NCBI GenBank assembly: GCA_028712885.1
Contig: JAQTPK010000006.1
Coordinates: forward strand, 14,273 to 78,272
Length of the DNA: 64,000 nucleotides
Reading direction: 5' to 3'
Source of the DNA: Syntrophales bacterium
GTDB taxonomy: Bacteria; Desulfobacterota; Syntrophia; Syntrophales; UBA4778
Position numbers and translations under genes: made by a program. A model generated the notes under the pieces. It saw only the letters and a list, made by a program, of their open reading frames with translations. It ran no database searches and was not told where the DNA came from. Shown piece by piece: positions 25,909-34,826 of this stretch (the first letter of the stretch is position 1; every line of letters starts with the position of its first letter).

Positions 25909-27074
25909 GGCGGGTATGTTCTTGAGCAATTGCCGCTCCCTTCAGTCCCGCTCTCCCGGCCGGACTGCGCCATAGTATGGAACTTGCGAATCTCTTCCGA
26001 CGTGAAGCGGATCTGTTCCGGTTTCAGCTCCGGGTACATCGGCAGCGAAAGCGCTTCCCGCGCGATTTTCTCAGCAACGGGGTAACTGCCCGGACCGAAT
26101 CCGAGGTGCCGGTATGCACTCTGAAGATGAATGGGGACGGGATAGTGGATCCCGCACTGGATCCCCCGGCCGGACAGATATTCCAGAAGTCGGTCGCGGT
26201 TCCCTGACCGGATGCCGAAGATATGAAAAACGTGCTTTCCATATCCGGCTTCTTCCGGCAATGCTACTCCTTCCATCCCTTCGAGGCACTTTCTGTAAAA
26301 CCCCGCTGCCCCTCTGCGCGACTCGTTCCACGCTGCAAGGTGGCCAAGCTTGACGCTGAGAACGGCTCCCTGAATGCCGTCCATGCGGTCGTTCCATCCG
26401 ATGAAGTCGTGGTGATATTTCCGGGGCTGGCCGTGATCCCGCATCATTCGTATTCGCGAGGCCAGTTCCGGATCATCCGTGACGACCGCTCCGGCGTCGC
26501 CAAATGCGCCCAGGTTCTTGCCTGGATAAAAGCTGAAGCATCCGGCGTCCCCGATGGAGCCGGCCTGTCTTCCACGGTATTGAGCGCCGTGCGACTGGCA
26601 CGCGTCCTCCACGACGCGCAAATTCCGGGAGGCGGCGATTTCCATTATCGGGTCCATGTCCGCACACTGACCGTAGAGATGCACCGGGACGACTGCTCTT
26701 GTCCGCGGCGTCAAGGCGCGCTCGATAAGAGCGGCATTCATAGTGAACGTCGTCTCCTCGACGTCGACGAAGACCGGCTGCGCGCCGCACCGGCTGATCG
26801 CCTCCGCGGTGGCGATGAATGTGTTCGGGACGGTTATGACCTCGTCGCCCGGGCCGATGCCCATGGAACACAGCGCCAGCCACAGCGCCGATGTTCCGCT
26901 GCTCACGGCAACGGCATGCCGGCGGCCGCAAAAAAGGGCGAATTCCTCCTCGAAACGCGCCACGTAGGGGCCGCTGATGAAAGCGCATTCCTCGAGAACG
27001 GCGTGGACCGCGGCGTCGATCTCCTCTTTTATGGATCTGTATTGCGCATTCAAGTCCAGGAACGGCACGATCAT
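25905..27074 (-). CDS. DegT/DnrJ/EryC1-family PLP-dependent sugar aminotransferase (WbpE/GnnB-like)
   Basis: 'MIVPFLDLNAQYRSIKEEIDAAV..FISGPYVARFEEEFA..AVAVSSGTSALWLAL..FYPGKNLGAFGDAGAV'. Confidence 0.9.
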   Translation of the reverse strand: MIVPFLDLNAQYRSIKEEIDAAVHAVLEECAFISGPYVARFEEEFALFCGRRHAVAVSSGTSALWLALCSMGIGPGDEVITVPNTFIATAEAISRCGAQPVFVDVEETTFTMNAALIERALTPRTRAVVPVHLYGQCADMDPIMEIAASRNLRVVEDACQSHGAQYRGRQAGSIGDAGCFSFYPGKNLGAFGDAGAVVTDDPELASRIRMMRDHGQPRKYHHDFIGWNDRMDGIQGAVLSVKLGHLAAWNESRRGAAGFYRKCLEGMEGVALPEEAGYGKHVFHIFGIRSGNRDRLLEYLSGRGIQCGIHYPVPIHLQSAYRHLGFGPGSYPVAEKIAREALSLPMYPELKPEQIRFTSEEIRKFHTMAQSGRESGTEGSGNCSRTYPP

Positions 27075-27931
27075 GACCCGTGTAAAGTCTCCTTTTCGAG
27101 CTCTTTTACATCCATGGCGGTTTCCTCCTTTCCCGTGCGGATGCCGGCGATTACGGAAACGCCCGCGTGCACGCGCTGTCCGACCCTGACGCGGATTTCC
27201 GGCGCGAGCCCTCCCGGGATTACAATGTCAACCTGCGAACCGAAGCGGATTATCCCGACCTCCTGTCCGGCGCACAGGAAATCTCCGGGCGTGACATAAG
27301 ATTCAATCCGCCGCACCAGCCGCGAGGCGATATGGATAAGTCCGACCTTTCTTTCGCCGTCCTCGATAATTCCTATCAGGCGCTCGTTCCGCCAGGCGGC
27401 TTCCCTTTTCTTCAGAGAAAGGAATACTCCCGGAATACGCTGAAGATGAACGACCCTTCCGCTGATCGGCGCCCTCGTGACATGCTCGTCAAGAAGGCTC
27501 ATGCCGATGCCGACAAGGTATCCGCCCCTGTCGCCGGCCATGCCCGAAAGAGGGGGAGATAACGGCACGCTCTCCGCGCCTTTGGAGGAAAAAGGGGCTG
27601 TTTCCGGACTGATCGGCTTCAGATATTTGATTGTGCCGTCCGCCGGGGAAACGATCAGATCCCGTCCCGGAGGGGGCCGCCGCTCGGTCCGTCTGTAAAA
27701 ACGCATCAGCAGAGCCGCCGCGGAAACCGCCAGGATCAGAGCCGCATCCAGCAATAGAAAGACCGCCCTGCCGAGGGGATGAACGGCGTCAACAGCATGG
27801 AGCAGTCCGCCGATCACGATTCCCGCAGCGACGGCCCATGCCAGCACCAGCCGCAGATCGAGTTCCCATTTCCAGGCGAGCGGACCCAGCATCGACAACG
27901 AGATAATGCAGCTAATCGCCAAATCCGTCAT
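27071..27931 (-). CDS. Membrane-anchored phosphatidylserine-decarboxylase-family (pyruvoyl) protein
   Basis: Two to three N-terminal TM helices, then 'VSPADG', 'DEHVTRAPISGRV' and the self-cleavage-type 'RFGSQVD'. Start at ATG 27931 (MTDLAISCII). Confidence 0.7.
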   Translation of the reverse strand: MTDLAISCIISLSMLGPLAWKWELDLRLVLAWAVAAGIVIGGLLHAVDAVHPLGRAVFLLLDAALILAVSAAALLMRFYRRTERRPPPGRDLIVSPADGTIKYLKPISPETAPFSSKGAESVPLSPPLSGMAGDRGGYLVGIGMSLLDEHVTRAPISGRVVHLQRIPGVFLSLKKREAAWRNERLIGIIEDGERKVGLIHIASRLVRRIESYVTPGDFLCAGQEVGIIRFGSQVDIVIPGGLAPEIRVRVGQRVHAGVSVIAGIRTGKEETAMDVKELEKETLHGS

Positions 27932-29120
27932 TGCGGGCCCTCGTTTTCTTGTAGAGAAAATACGGAGCGAACAGGAGCTCAATGAGGAAGGGGACCGGGT
28001 CGCCCGGGCGGTAGACCGCCAGTTCCTTTTTCCCCCTCATGGTTTTCAGGTATTCCAGAGGATGCAGGCGACCTTTCCACATCTCGCTCGCCACGATGAG
28101 GGAATCCGTCAATTCCCTGATCCATTTGACGCCGTTTTCGGAGCAGTGCGGCGCCACGGACGCCCCGTTCATGTCGAGGTAGAGCAGGTAAGAAAAATTG
28201 ACGCCCGCCCGCGAACCCAGGGTATGCCATCCCCAGGTGCGGGGATTTATCTCCAGAAGCTTGAATTTTTCTTCCTTCTGATCCCGCATGAACTCGACTT
28301 CACACAGACCGTAATACCCGACCCTCTTCAATACTCGCGTCGCCGGTTCCTCCAGTTCCGGAACTTCGCATGTGTAGGCATATGTAGTGGCGGTGCCGAA
28401 TTCCATGGGATGCTGCCTCGGCCGTTTGGCGACGAGCTTGGCTTTGACCCTTCCCTCGCTGAAAAGGCAGCAGAAGGAAAACAGGTTGTCCGGACACCCC
28501 CTGATGAACTCCTGGATCATGATCTCCGAAGGATCTATGATGGCGGACATCTGCCGGTAACGGCGGATAAGCTCCTGTTTGTTGTCCGCACGAACGGCCT
28601 TGCGCAGCGTATACGGAAAGAAATGGTCCTTGATGGAAGGCTTCAGGACGACGGGGTATTCAAGCTCGAACGCGGCAAGCTCCCGTTCATCTCTGGGGAA
28701 AAGAGTCCGCGGAACGGGTACTCCCGTCAACTCGGCTATTTCGTACGTCAGCCTCTTGTCATACAAGTACTTCGTGATCTCCCATTCCGGTGTTGGAATC
28801 CGGTAATGCTCTCCAAGCTCCTTTCGGCCGCGGGATATTACATGGACCGCCATGTCCAGCGTGGGGAAAAGCACCCAGTCGCGGAGTTTCTCGACTTCAG
28901 CGAGTTGAATCAGAAAGCGATGAAATTCGCCGTTTCCGTTTATGGCGGGACAGCGAAAATATTTCCTGACGAATTTTGAATATCGCGCGATGCAGAAATC
29001 CGGATCTACGATATAAACGGGGATCCCCAGGGACGCAAGGTTTCTTGCTATGCCGAGCCCCTGATAATCTCCGCCGATAATCACAGCTCCGCTGCTCGAG
29101 AACGAAGATGCCGGTTGCAT
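27912..29120 (-). CDS. ATP-grasp superfamily ligase (COG3919-like carboxylate-amine ligase)
   Basis: 'GAVIIGGDYQGLGIARNLASLGIPVYIV' is the pre-ATP-grasp Rossmann segment. 'YPVVLKPS..', 'IMIQEFI.G' and 'GLCEVEFMRD..FKLLEINPR' are ATP-grasp core motifs. Confidence 0.75.
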   Translation of the reverse strand: MQPASSFSSSGAVIIGGDYQGLGIARNLASLGIPVYIVDPDFCIARYSKFVRKYFRCPAINGNGEFHRFLIQLAEVEKLRDWVLFPTLDMAVHVISRGRKELGEHYRIPTPEWEITKYLYDKRLTYEIAELTGVPVPRTLFPRDERELAAFELEYPVVLKPSIKDHFFPYTLRKAVRADNKQELIRRYRQMSAIIDPSEIMIQEFIRGCPDNLFSFCCLFSEGRVKAKLVAKRPRQHPMEFGTATTYAYTCEVPELEEPATRVLKRVGYYGLCEVEFMRDQKEEKFKLLEINPRTWGWHTLGSRAGVNFSYLLYLDMNGASVAPHCSENGVKWIRELTDSLIVASEMWKGRLHPLEYLKTMRGKKELAVYRPGDPVPFLIELLFAPYFLYKKTRARNDGFGD

Positions 29121-30556
29121 GGTCGGGCCTTGATCAGGATTTTGTAGCGGATCTTTTCAAACAGGTTCCGGAAGAACAGATTATTGAAGAACAGTCTTTC
29201 AAACAGACCGACAACAAACAAATTCCTCATGAGGAAACGAATAAGGACGTTTCGTCCGAGCTGTCGTGACACGGACTTTTTTATAGTGTCTTTTTCTATC
29301 TGCTGGCACTTTTTCAGTATCTTCACCCGTTCCGCCGCGGCGATTTCGGGAGTTTCAAAGACCGGAACGGAGCGGTTTTCAGCAACGCTGTTGAGGTAAA
29401 CATCCGGCGGGATAAGGAATAGTTTATGCTCTTCTATGTAATCGTACATCTCCGTTCCCGGATACGGGATGGGATTATTCAGATTCAGCTTCGTCACGGG
29501 GTATTTCTGCGCCAGTCTCAGGCTGTCCTCCACGTCTTCCAGCGTCTCCCGGGGGGTGCCGATCATGAAAAATAGCCGTACATCCATTCCGATTTCACAG
29601 GCGTTGCGGACGGCGTTTTCAATTGTCTCCAGGGTTTCCCCCTTTTTCAGCAGCTTGAGGACACGGTCGTTCCCTCCATCCACCCCGAAGCCGATTTCCT
29701 TCACTCCTGCATCGTACATTCTCTGCAGCAGCTCTCTGTCCACGCGGTCCGCCCTTACGCCGTTGGAACAGCGGAGGAATAGGTCCTTCATCTCCCTGCG
29801 TTCTATTTCATCGCAGAATTCGACCACGCGCGCCCGCTGGAAAGTAAAGTTATCGTCGTCAATCGCGAATTGCCGGATCCCGCGGGAATACCAGTATTCG
29901 ATCTCGTCGACGAAGTTGCCGATGCTGCGTACGCGGTAAATCCTGGCGATCATTCTGTTGGGGCAGAACGTGCAGGCATACATGCACCCCCTGCTGGAGT
30001 GGATCGGGATCTGGCTGGAGTAGTTCGTCAGCTTGAATTTATGGTAACGCGGAAACGCCAGCTCATCGAGATTCATCAGCACAGGCCTGTCGCCGCTGAA
30101 AACGACGTTTCCGTTTTCACGGTAGAGCAGTCCCTGGACGGACCTGACCGGAATATCGCCGCGGCACAGATCAATCACGGTTCTTTCCCCGTCCGCCACG
30201 ACGCCGACGTCGATCTCCGGACATTCTTCGAGGACCCTGTCCTTTAACACCGTGACGTGGTGGCCCCCGGCCACGATGGCTGCGGATGGAAGCAGCTTCC
30301 TTACTCCGGAAATTATCCGGTATGCCTCTTTGTACCCGAGCGAGCTCAAGCTGAAGCCGATCATGTCGGGACGAAAGTCCAGGATCCTCTTCCTCAGGTA
30401 ACGAAACGAATACCCGATCCTCATGTCAACGTACTCGTAATCGACTCCTCCGTCGAAGAGCGCCTGGGCGATGTAGCCGACTCCTGCCGGAATTCTCAAT
30501 CCGCCATAGCGGCTCACAACCGGGGGACTGACGAGAAGAACTCTGTTAAATCGCAT
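29081..30556 (-). CDS. B12-binding-domain radical SAM enzyme (class B)
   Basis: N-terminal cobalamin-binding-like domain ('VLLVSPP..GVGYIAQAL..PDMIGFSL..AIVAGGHHVT'). The CxxxCxxC cluster is 'SSRGCMYACTFCPN'. Confidence 0.8.
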   Translation of the reverse strand: MRFNRVLLVSPPVVSRYGGLRIPAGVGYIAQALFDGGVDYEYVDMRIGYSFRYLRKRILDFRPDMIGFSLSSLGYKEAYRIISGVRKLLPSAAIVAGGHHVTVLKDRVLEECPEIDVGVVADGERTVIDLCRGDIPVRSVQGLLYRENGNVVFSGDRPVLMNLDELAFPRYHKFKLTNYSSQIPIHSSRGCMYACTFCPNRMIARIYRVRSIGNFVDEIEYWYSRGIRQFAIDDDNFTFQRARVVEFCDEIERREMKDLFLRCSNGVRADRVDRELLQRMYDAGVKEIGFGVDGGNDRVLKLLKKGETLETIENAVRNACEIGMDVRLFFMIGTPRETLEDVEDSLRLAQKYPVTKLNLNNPIPYPGTEMYDYIEEHKLFLIPPDVYLNSVAENRSVPVFETPEIAAAERVKILKKCQQIEKDTIKKSVSRQLGRNVLIRFLMRNLFVVGLFERLFFNNLFFRNLFEKIRYKILIKARPCNRHLRSRAAEL

Positions 30557-31025
30557 CTGAAGCTCCTTGTGACGCGGCCGGGGAAACGTCGATTCGCCGC
30601 ACCTGCCGCGCGGGGATTCCCGCCACGACTGTGAAGTCCGGCACGCTCATGGTTACCAGGGAGGCGGCCCCCACAACGGCGCCTCTGCCGATCCGGACGC
30701 CGGGCAGCACGATGCAGCCCGCGCCCAGCCATGCGTCCTCGCCTATTTCGATCGGCGCTCTTACCTCTCCCATCTGCAGTCTGTAGTGCGAAAAATTGGC
30801 TCGTGAAGAAGTGACGAGCATGACCCTGTCGGCAATGGCGACTCTGTCCCCGATCTTTACCATCCCGCGGTCCGCCGGCTCGTCTTTAATAATGAGATCT
30901 TCACCGATGAAAACACGGCTGCCTATCCGGTAGCCTGCCATGGCCAGCAGACCGGCCCGAATACGGTATCCGGGCGCGTGTTTGGCGGCCGTTTTGATGA
31001 TTTTCTTGAAGATTTCATAAAGCAT
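30546..31025 (-). CDS. Left-handed beta-helix (hexapeptide) acetyltransferase, WcaF/LacA-like
   Basis: Start at ATG 31025 (MLYEIFKK..). Hexapeptide turns 'IGSRVFIGEDLII', 'IGDRVAIADRVML', 'IGEDAWLGAGCIVLPGVRIGRGAVVGAASLV'. The 84 upstream track codons are Arg-rich overprint and are rejected. Confidence 0.75.
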   Translation of the reverse strand: MLYEIFKKIIKTAAKHAPGYRIRAGLLAMAGYRIGSRVFIGEDLIIKDEPADRGMVKIGDRVAIADRVMLVTSSRANFSHYRLQMGEVRAPIEIGEDAWLGAGCIVLPGVRIGRGAVVGAASLVTMSVPDFTVVAGIPARQVRRIDVSPAASQGASDAI

Positions 31026-31066
31026 CAGCAGCTGACCCGCACGTCCGTGAGGCGGGCATTTCGCCG

Positions 31067-31594
31067 TCACAAATCCGTCGCCGGCATTTCCTGCATGGAG
31101 GCGGCCGGACGAATCCCCCCCACCGCCGGCCGTAGAAGTCTCGCCGGGTTCCCGGCGAAGATCGACCATTGCGGCACATCTCCGGTGACAACGCTGCCCG
31201 CGCCCACAATGGCGCCTTCCCCGACTGTCACGCCGGCGAGAATGACCGCGCCGGAACCGATGGAAGCCTTCCTGCATATCCGCGTCGGATGAACGACCCA
31301 GTCTTCTTCCGTCTGCAGTATTCCGTCCTGCGTTGTTGCGGACGGATAAATATCGTTGATAAACGTAACGTTATGCCCGACAAAGACCTCGTCCTCTATG
31401 CTGACTCCCTCGCAGATGAATGTATGGCTGGATATCTTGCAGAAGCTGCCTACGGACGCGTTTTTCTGTATTTCGACGAATGCCCCGATTTTGGTGTTGT
31501 CTCCCACGGTACACCCGTAAAGATTGACGTAAGGGGCGATCTTTACGTTTCGGCCGAGCCTGACATCCTCCGCAATGCACCTCTGGTCGCTCAT
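31067..31594 (-). CDS. LbH N-acetyltransferase for an amino sugar (WbpD/QdtC/WxcM-C-like)
   Basis: 'VRLGRNVKIAPYVNLYGCTVGDNTKIGAFVEIQKNASVG..ICEGVSIEDEVFVGHNVTFIND..IGSGAVILAGVTVGEGAIVGAGSVV'. 4-nt overlap with the upstream oxidoreductase gene. Confidence 0.75.
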   Translation of the reverse strand: MSDQRCIAEDVRLGRNVKIAPYVNLYGCTVGDNTKIGAFVEIQKNASVGSFCKISSHTFICEGVSIEDEVFVGHNVTFINDIYPSATTQDGILQTEEDWVVHPTRICRKASIGSGAVILAGVTVGEGAIVGAGSVVTGDVPQWSIFAGNPARLLRPAVGGIRPAASMQEMPATDL

Positions 31595-32601
31595 AAGTAG
31601 ACCATCTCCCCGCGGTTTTTCAGGGATCGGTTTGCGGCCTCAAGCAATTTCACGACTCTCAACCCCGCCTGTCCGTCGTTGATCGGCACTCTGTCCTCCT
31701 TGATGCAATGAACGAAATATTCAGCCTCGATCTTCAGGGCTTCAATGTGGTCTATCTTCGGGACCCACATGTCACCGGACCGGTAACTCACAAGCAGGTC
31801 GTAGATGTTTTTCGTGCAGTTCGTAACTTCCACTCCCTTGTCGTAGATGATGACCTTCTGGTCGGCATCCAGATCGTTCCAGACCAGCATTTTCTTGTCC
31901 CCCCCTATCAGCGTGGTCCTCACCTTGACCGGAGAGAGCCAGTTTACGTTTATGTGCGCGATCAATTTTTCGGGGAAGTAGATCGTAATGTAAGCAACGT
32001 CTTCCAGATCATGATTGAAATGCGCCTGGCCCGTTGCAATCAGCGCGTCCGGATTCTTCATAAGCAGGTAATCCATGATGGAAAGGTCGTGGGGCGCAAG
32101 GTCCCAGACGACATTCACGTCGTGCTGGAACTGGCCGAGATTGACCCTGGTTGAATCAAAATAATAAAGTTCACCCAGAGTCCCGTTCTGGGTGATTATC
32201 TCTTTTATTTTCCTGACTGCGCCGGTGAACAGGAACGTATGGTCCACCATGATCTTCAATTGCCTTTTTTCCGCCGATTCGATGAGCTCCTCCGCCTGGC
32301 TCACCGTGCAGGTGAAGGGTTTTTCCACAAAGACGTGCTTGCCGTTTTCCAGAGCCGACTTCGCTATTTCGAAATGCGTGGCAACGGGCGTAATGACTGC
32401 GACCGCGTCAATATCCGGCGACCGCACTATATCCCGATAATCGGAACAGGTCCGGATGAAGGGATAAGCCCTCTGCGCGCGTTTCCTTGCGTCGGAATTG
32501 AGATCGCTTACGGCTGTCACCCTTGCGCCGTCCGTATCATTGATGTTCCTGACGACTTTCGGGCCCCAATATCCGTATCCGACCACGCCGATCCGGACCA
32601 T
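31591..32601 (-). CDS. Gfo/Idh/MocA-family NDP-sugar oxidoreductase (WbpB/GnnA-like)
   Basis: Start at ATG 32601 (MVRIGVVGYGYWGPKVV..). 'HVFVEKPF' and 'MVDHTFLF' are typical of the family. Confidence 0.8.
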   Translation of the reverse strand: MVRIGVVGYGYWGPKVVRNINDTDGARVTAVSDLNSDARKRAQRAYPFIRTCSDYRDIVRSPDIDAVAVITPVATHFEIAKSALENGKHVFVEKPFTCTVSQAEELIESAEKRQLKIMVDHTFLFTGAVRKIKEIITQNGTLGELYYFDSTRVNLGQFQHDVNVVWDLAPHDLSIMDYLLMKNPDALIATGQAHFNHDLEDVAYITIYFPEKLIAHINVNWLSPVKVRTTLIGGDKKMLVWNDLDADQKVIIYDKGVEVTNCTKNIYDLLVSYRSGDMWVPKIDHIEALKIEAEYFVHCIKEDRVPINDGQAGLRVVKLLEAANRSLKNRGEMVYL

Positions 32602-32940
32602 AACCGCCTCGTTCCTTTTCAGCACTGCAGATTTTTGAAATAAAACAGGTAAAAATGAATTCAGGGTGACATGTTTTGCGACAGGACGGAAGAGCTGCGC
32701 TTCCGTCAGATTGAACATTATCTGTTTATTACTTAAGGCGGAACATAGCTATCCCTTCCCTCCTGATTTTGAATATCGAAATTCCTTAATTCAGCCCGCA
32801 AGAACCCCTAAGTAGAACCTAAGTTTCCGGTTCACAGTTGGCAGCTCAAGCATCGTGAGGTTTAATGCGCAAGGCGTGATGCGTAAGGGGTTTTCGCTGA
32901 ACACCTGACGATTACACCGTACGCCTTGCGGGAACTGTGA

Positions 32941-34074
32941 CTAGTACGCTCCTTTTCCCGAAAGAACGGCTCCCGGCGTCGCCAGCACGATCCTGATATC
33001 CATCCAGAGGGACCAGTCTCTCGCGTAGCGGATATCCAGCCGGACCATGCTGTTAAAATCCGTGCGGCTTCTTCCCTTTACCTGCCACAGCCCTGTTATG
33101 CCCGGCTTCATTTCCAGGATTCTCTCCCGGTGCCACAAGTCATAATCAGCGCATTCGTAAGGTATCGGCGGCCTCGGCCCCACAAGCGACATATCTCCCG
33201 TGAGGACATTAATGAGCTGCGGGAGCTCATCCAGGCTGGTCCTGCGGAGAAGCCTCCCTACCGGGGTGACCCGGCTGTCTTCCGTCAGCTTGTATATGCG
33301 GGGCGCTGCGTCATCCTGAGATTCCAGAGTGCCGCGAATAAATTTGCGGATATAGGACCGGTGTGCTTCCGCATTTGAGCCTGCATACATCGATCGGAAT
33401 TTCAGAAATACGAAACGGCGCCCGAAGCGGCCGATTCTCTCCTGGCGGAAGAGCACCGGTCCCTTCGAGTCCGCCTTGATGGCTGCAGCAATGACCAGGA
33501 AAAGGGGAAAGGTCAGGGCCAATCCGGCAGCGCTGCCGATGATATCCAGCATGCGCTTGACAGCCAGGGGTATCGTCCTTGCGCGGTTTCTGATCAGCCC
33601 CGGATACAGTGCAGGGTCAATCTGTATTCCGTCCTTTTTTTTTTCTTCCGGATACACATGGAAAGTTATATCGAGGAGTCCTGAGTCTTCCGGGCCCAGG
33701 GTCATGCTGAAACGGCTTGATAACTTGCGCAGAATGCCGTTGCGCGCCGCTTCGCCGGTCTGTTCCATTTCCGTGAAAATCACCCCGATGGAAGAGCCGC
33801 TCCGGTACCAGCCTTTCAGATCGATTTCCCTGGTGCAGGTGAGCAGATCGTGCGCGACCGGGCGCAAAACATCCCTGCCGCGGGCTTTCAGAATGCGATC
33901 GAGGTTCAGGATCATCAGCAGAAAAGGCTTTCCGGAGCGTTCCGTCCTCCTTCTCTCCAGATAAAGCCTCTCCTGGAAGAAATCCTGCACATACAGGCCC
34001 GTATCGTAATCTATCAGGAAATGTGCGGAGAAATGCCCGGGCAAAGACTTCTTCGAGTCCGCTCTGATTCTCAT
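32941..34074 (-). CDS. Polyprenyl-phosphate sugar-phosphate transferase (bacterial sugar transferase) with N-terminal degenerate GGDEF-like domain
   Basis: C-terminal '[55 protein letters not shown]' is the PGT domain. It is preceded by one hydrophobic helix (aa ~175-200). N-terminal '[38 protein letters not shown]' is GGDEF-like. Confidence 0.85.
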   Translation of the reverse strand: MRIRADSKKSLPGHFSAHFLIDYDTGLYVQDFFQERLYLERRRTERSGKPFLLMILNLDRILKARGRDVLRPVAHDLLTCTREIDLKGWYRSGSSIGVIFTEMEQTGEAARNGILRKLSSRFSMTLGPEDSGLLDITFHVYPEEKKKDGIQIDPALYPGLIRNRARTIPLAVKRMLDIIGSAAGLALTFPLFLVIAAAIKADSKGPVLFRQERIGRFGRRFVFLKFRSMYAGSNAEAHRSYIRKFIRGTLESQDDAAPRIYKLTEDSRVTPVGRLLRRTSLDELPQLINVLTGDMSLVGPRPPIPYECADYDLWHRERILEMKPGITGLWQVKGRSRTDFNSMVRLDIRYARDWSLWMDIRIVLATPGAVLSGKGAY

Positions 34075-34100
34075 GACGGCAGGTATTATTCCCCTGGATT

Positions 34101-34826
34101 TTAAATCCTCCGGTAAATGAATTCCGGAATATGATACTTCCTCTTGTTGAGGACCATTCCCAGCACTTTGCCCTGGGAGCGCAGTATCTTCTCCTTCGTG
34201 TTTTCCGCAACGGGCCAGCGGGTCCGGTCGGCTTCCACCACCAGCACCGTGCCGTCCATAAAGCGGGAGAGCATTACACTCCCAGGCGACCCGCCTGCGG
34301 GCGGTGAATCGACCAGCACATAATCGAACCGCTGCTTAAGTTCCATCCACAGTTTCTCATACAGCAGAAGATCAAGATTCCTGGCGGCTGCAGCCGGGTT
34401 CTTTGAAATCACCGCCAGGGACAGATTCTTTTCCGGGGTGGCGTAGATCGCGCTTTCGACGGGGACACCGTCGCGAAAACTCTCCTCCAGGCCATTCTCG
34501 GCGCCGATTTTGAAATAGCGATGCTGGCCGGGATTTTTCCTGTCCTCGTCCACAAGAAGTACGGATCTGGACATTCTGCCGGCCACGGTCACGGCAAAAA
34601 GACGGGCGAGAGTGGAGGTCCCCTCCCCCGCGCGGGATCCTATAAACTGCACCGTTTTGCCCGCCGTACCCGGCAGGATGGATTCCAGCGTCTGATAAAG
34701 GCAGTCCATCTCACCTTCGACGCCGGGCATCTCCCTTTTAGGCGCGACGCTCTCAGGCTGCTGATCCATGCTTTTCTGCTTTTGAGCCTGCTCCAGGGCT
34801 TCGTAAATCTTGCTCATAATTTTCAC
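34101..34826 (-). CDS. BY-kinase/MinD-like P-loop protein of the PCP module; Walker A Lys replaced by Thr
   Basis: 'VQFIGSRAGEGTSTLARLFA' (Walker A with T70), 'VLLVDEDRKNP' (A'), 'DYVLVDSPP' (B). No C-terminal Tyr cluster. 4-nt overlap with the upstream ATPase gene. Confidence 0.65.
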   Translation of the reverse strand: MKIMSKIYEALEQAQKQKSMDQQPESVAPKREMPGVEGEMDCLYQTLESILPGTAGKTVQFIGSRAGEGTSTLARLFAVTVAGRMSRSVLLVDEDRKNPGQHRYFKIGAENGLEESFRDGVPVESAIYATPEKNLSLAVISKNPAAAARNLDLLLYEKLWMELKQRFDYVLVDSPPAGGSPGSVMLSRFMDGTVLVVEADRTRWPVAENTKEKILRSQGKVLGMVLNKRKYHIPEFIYRRI

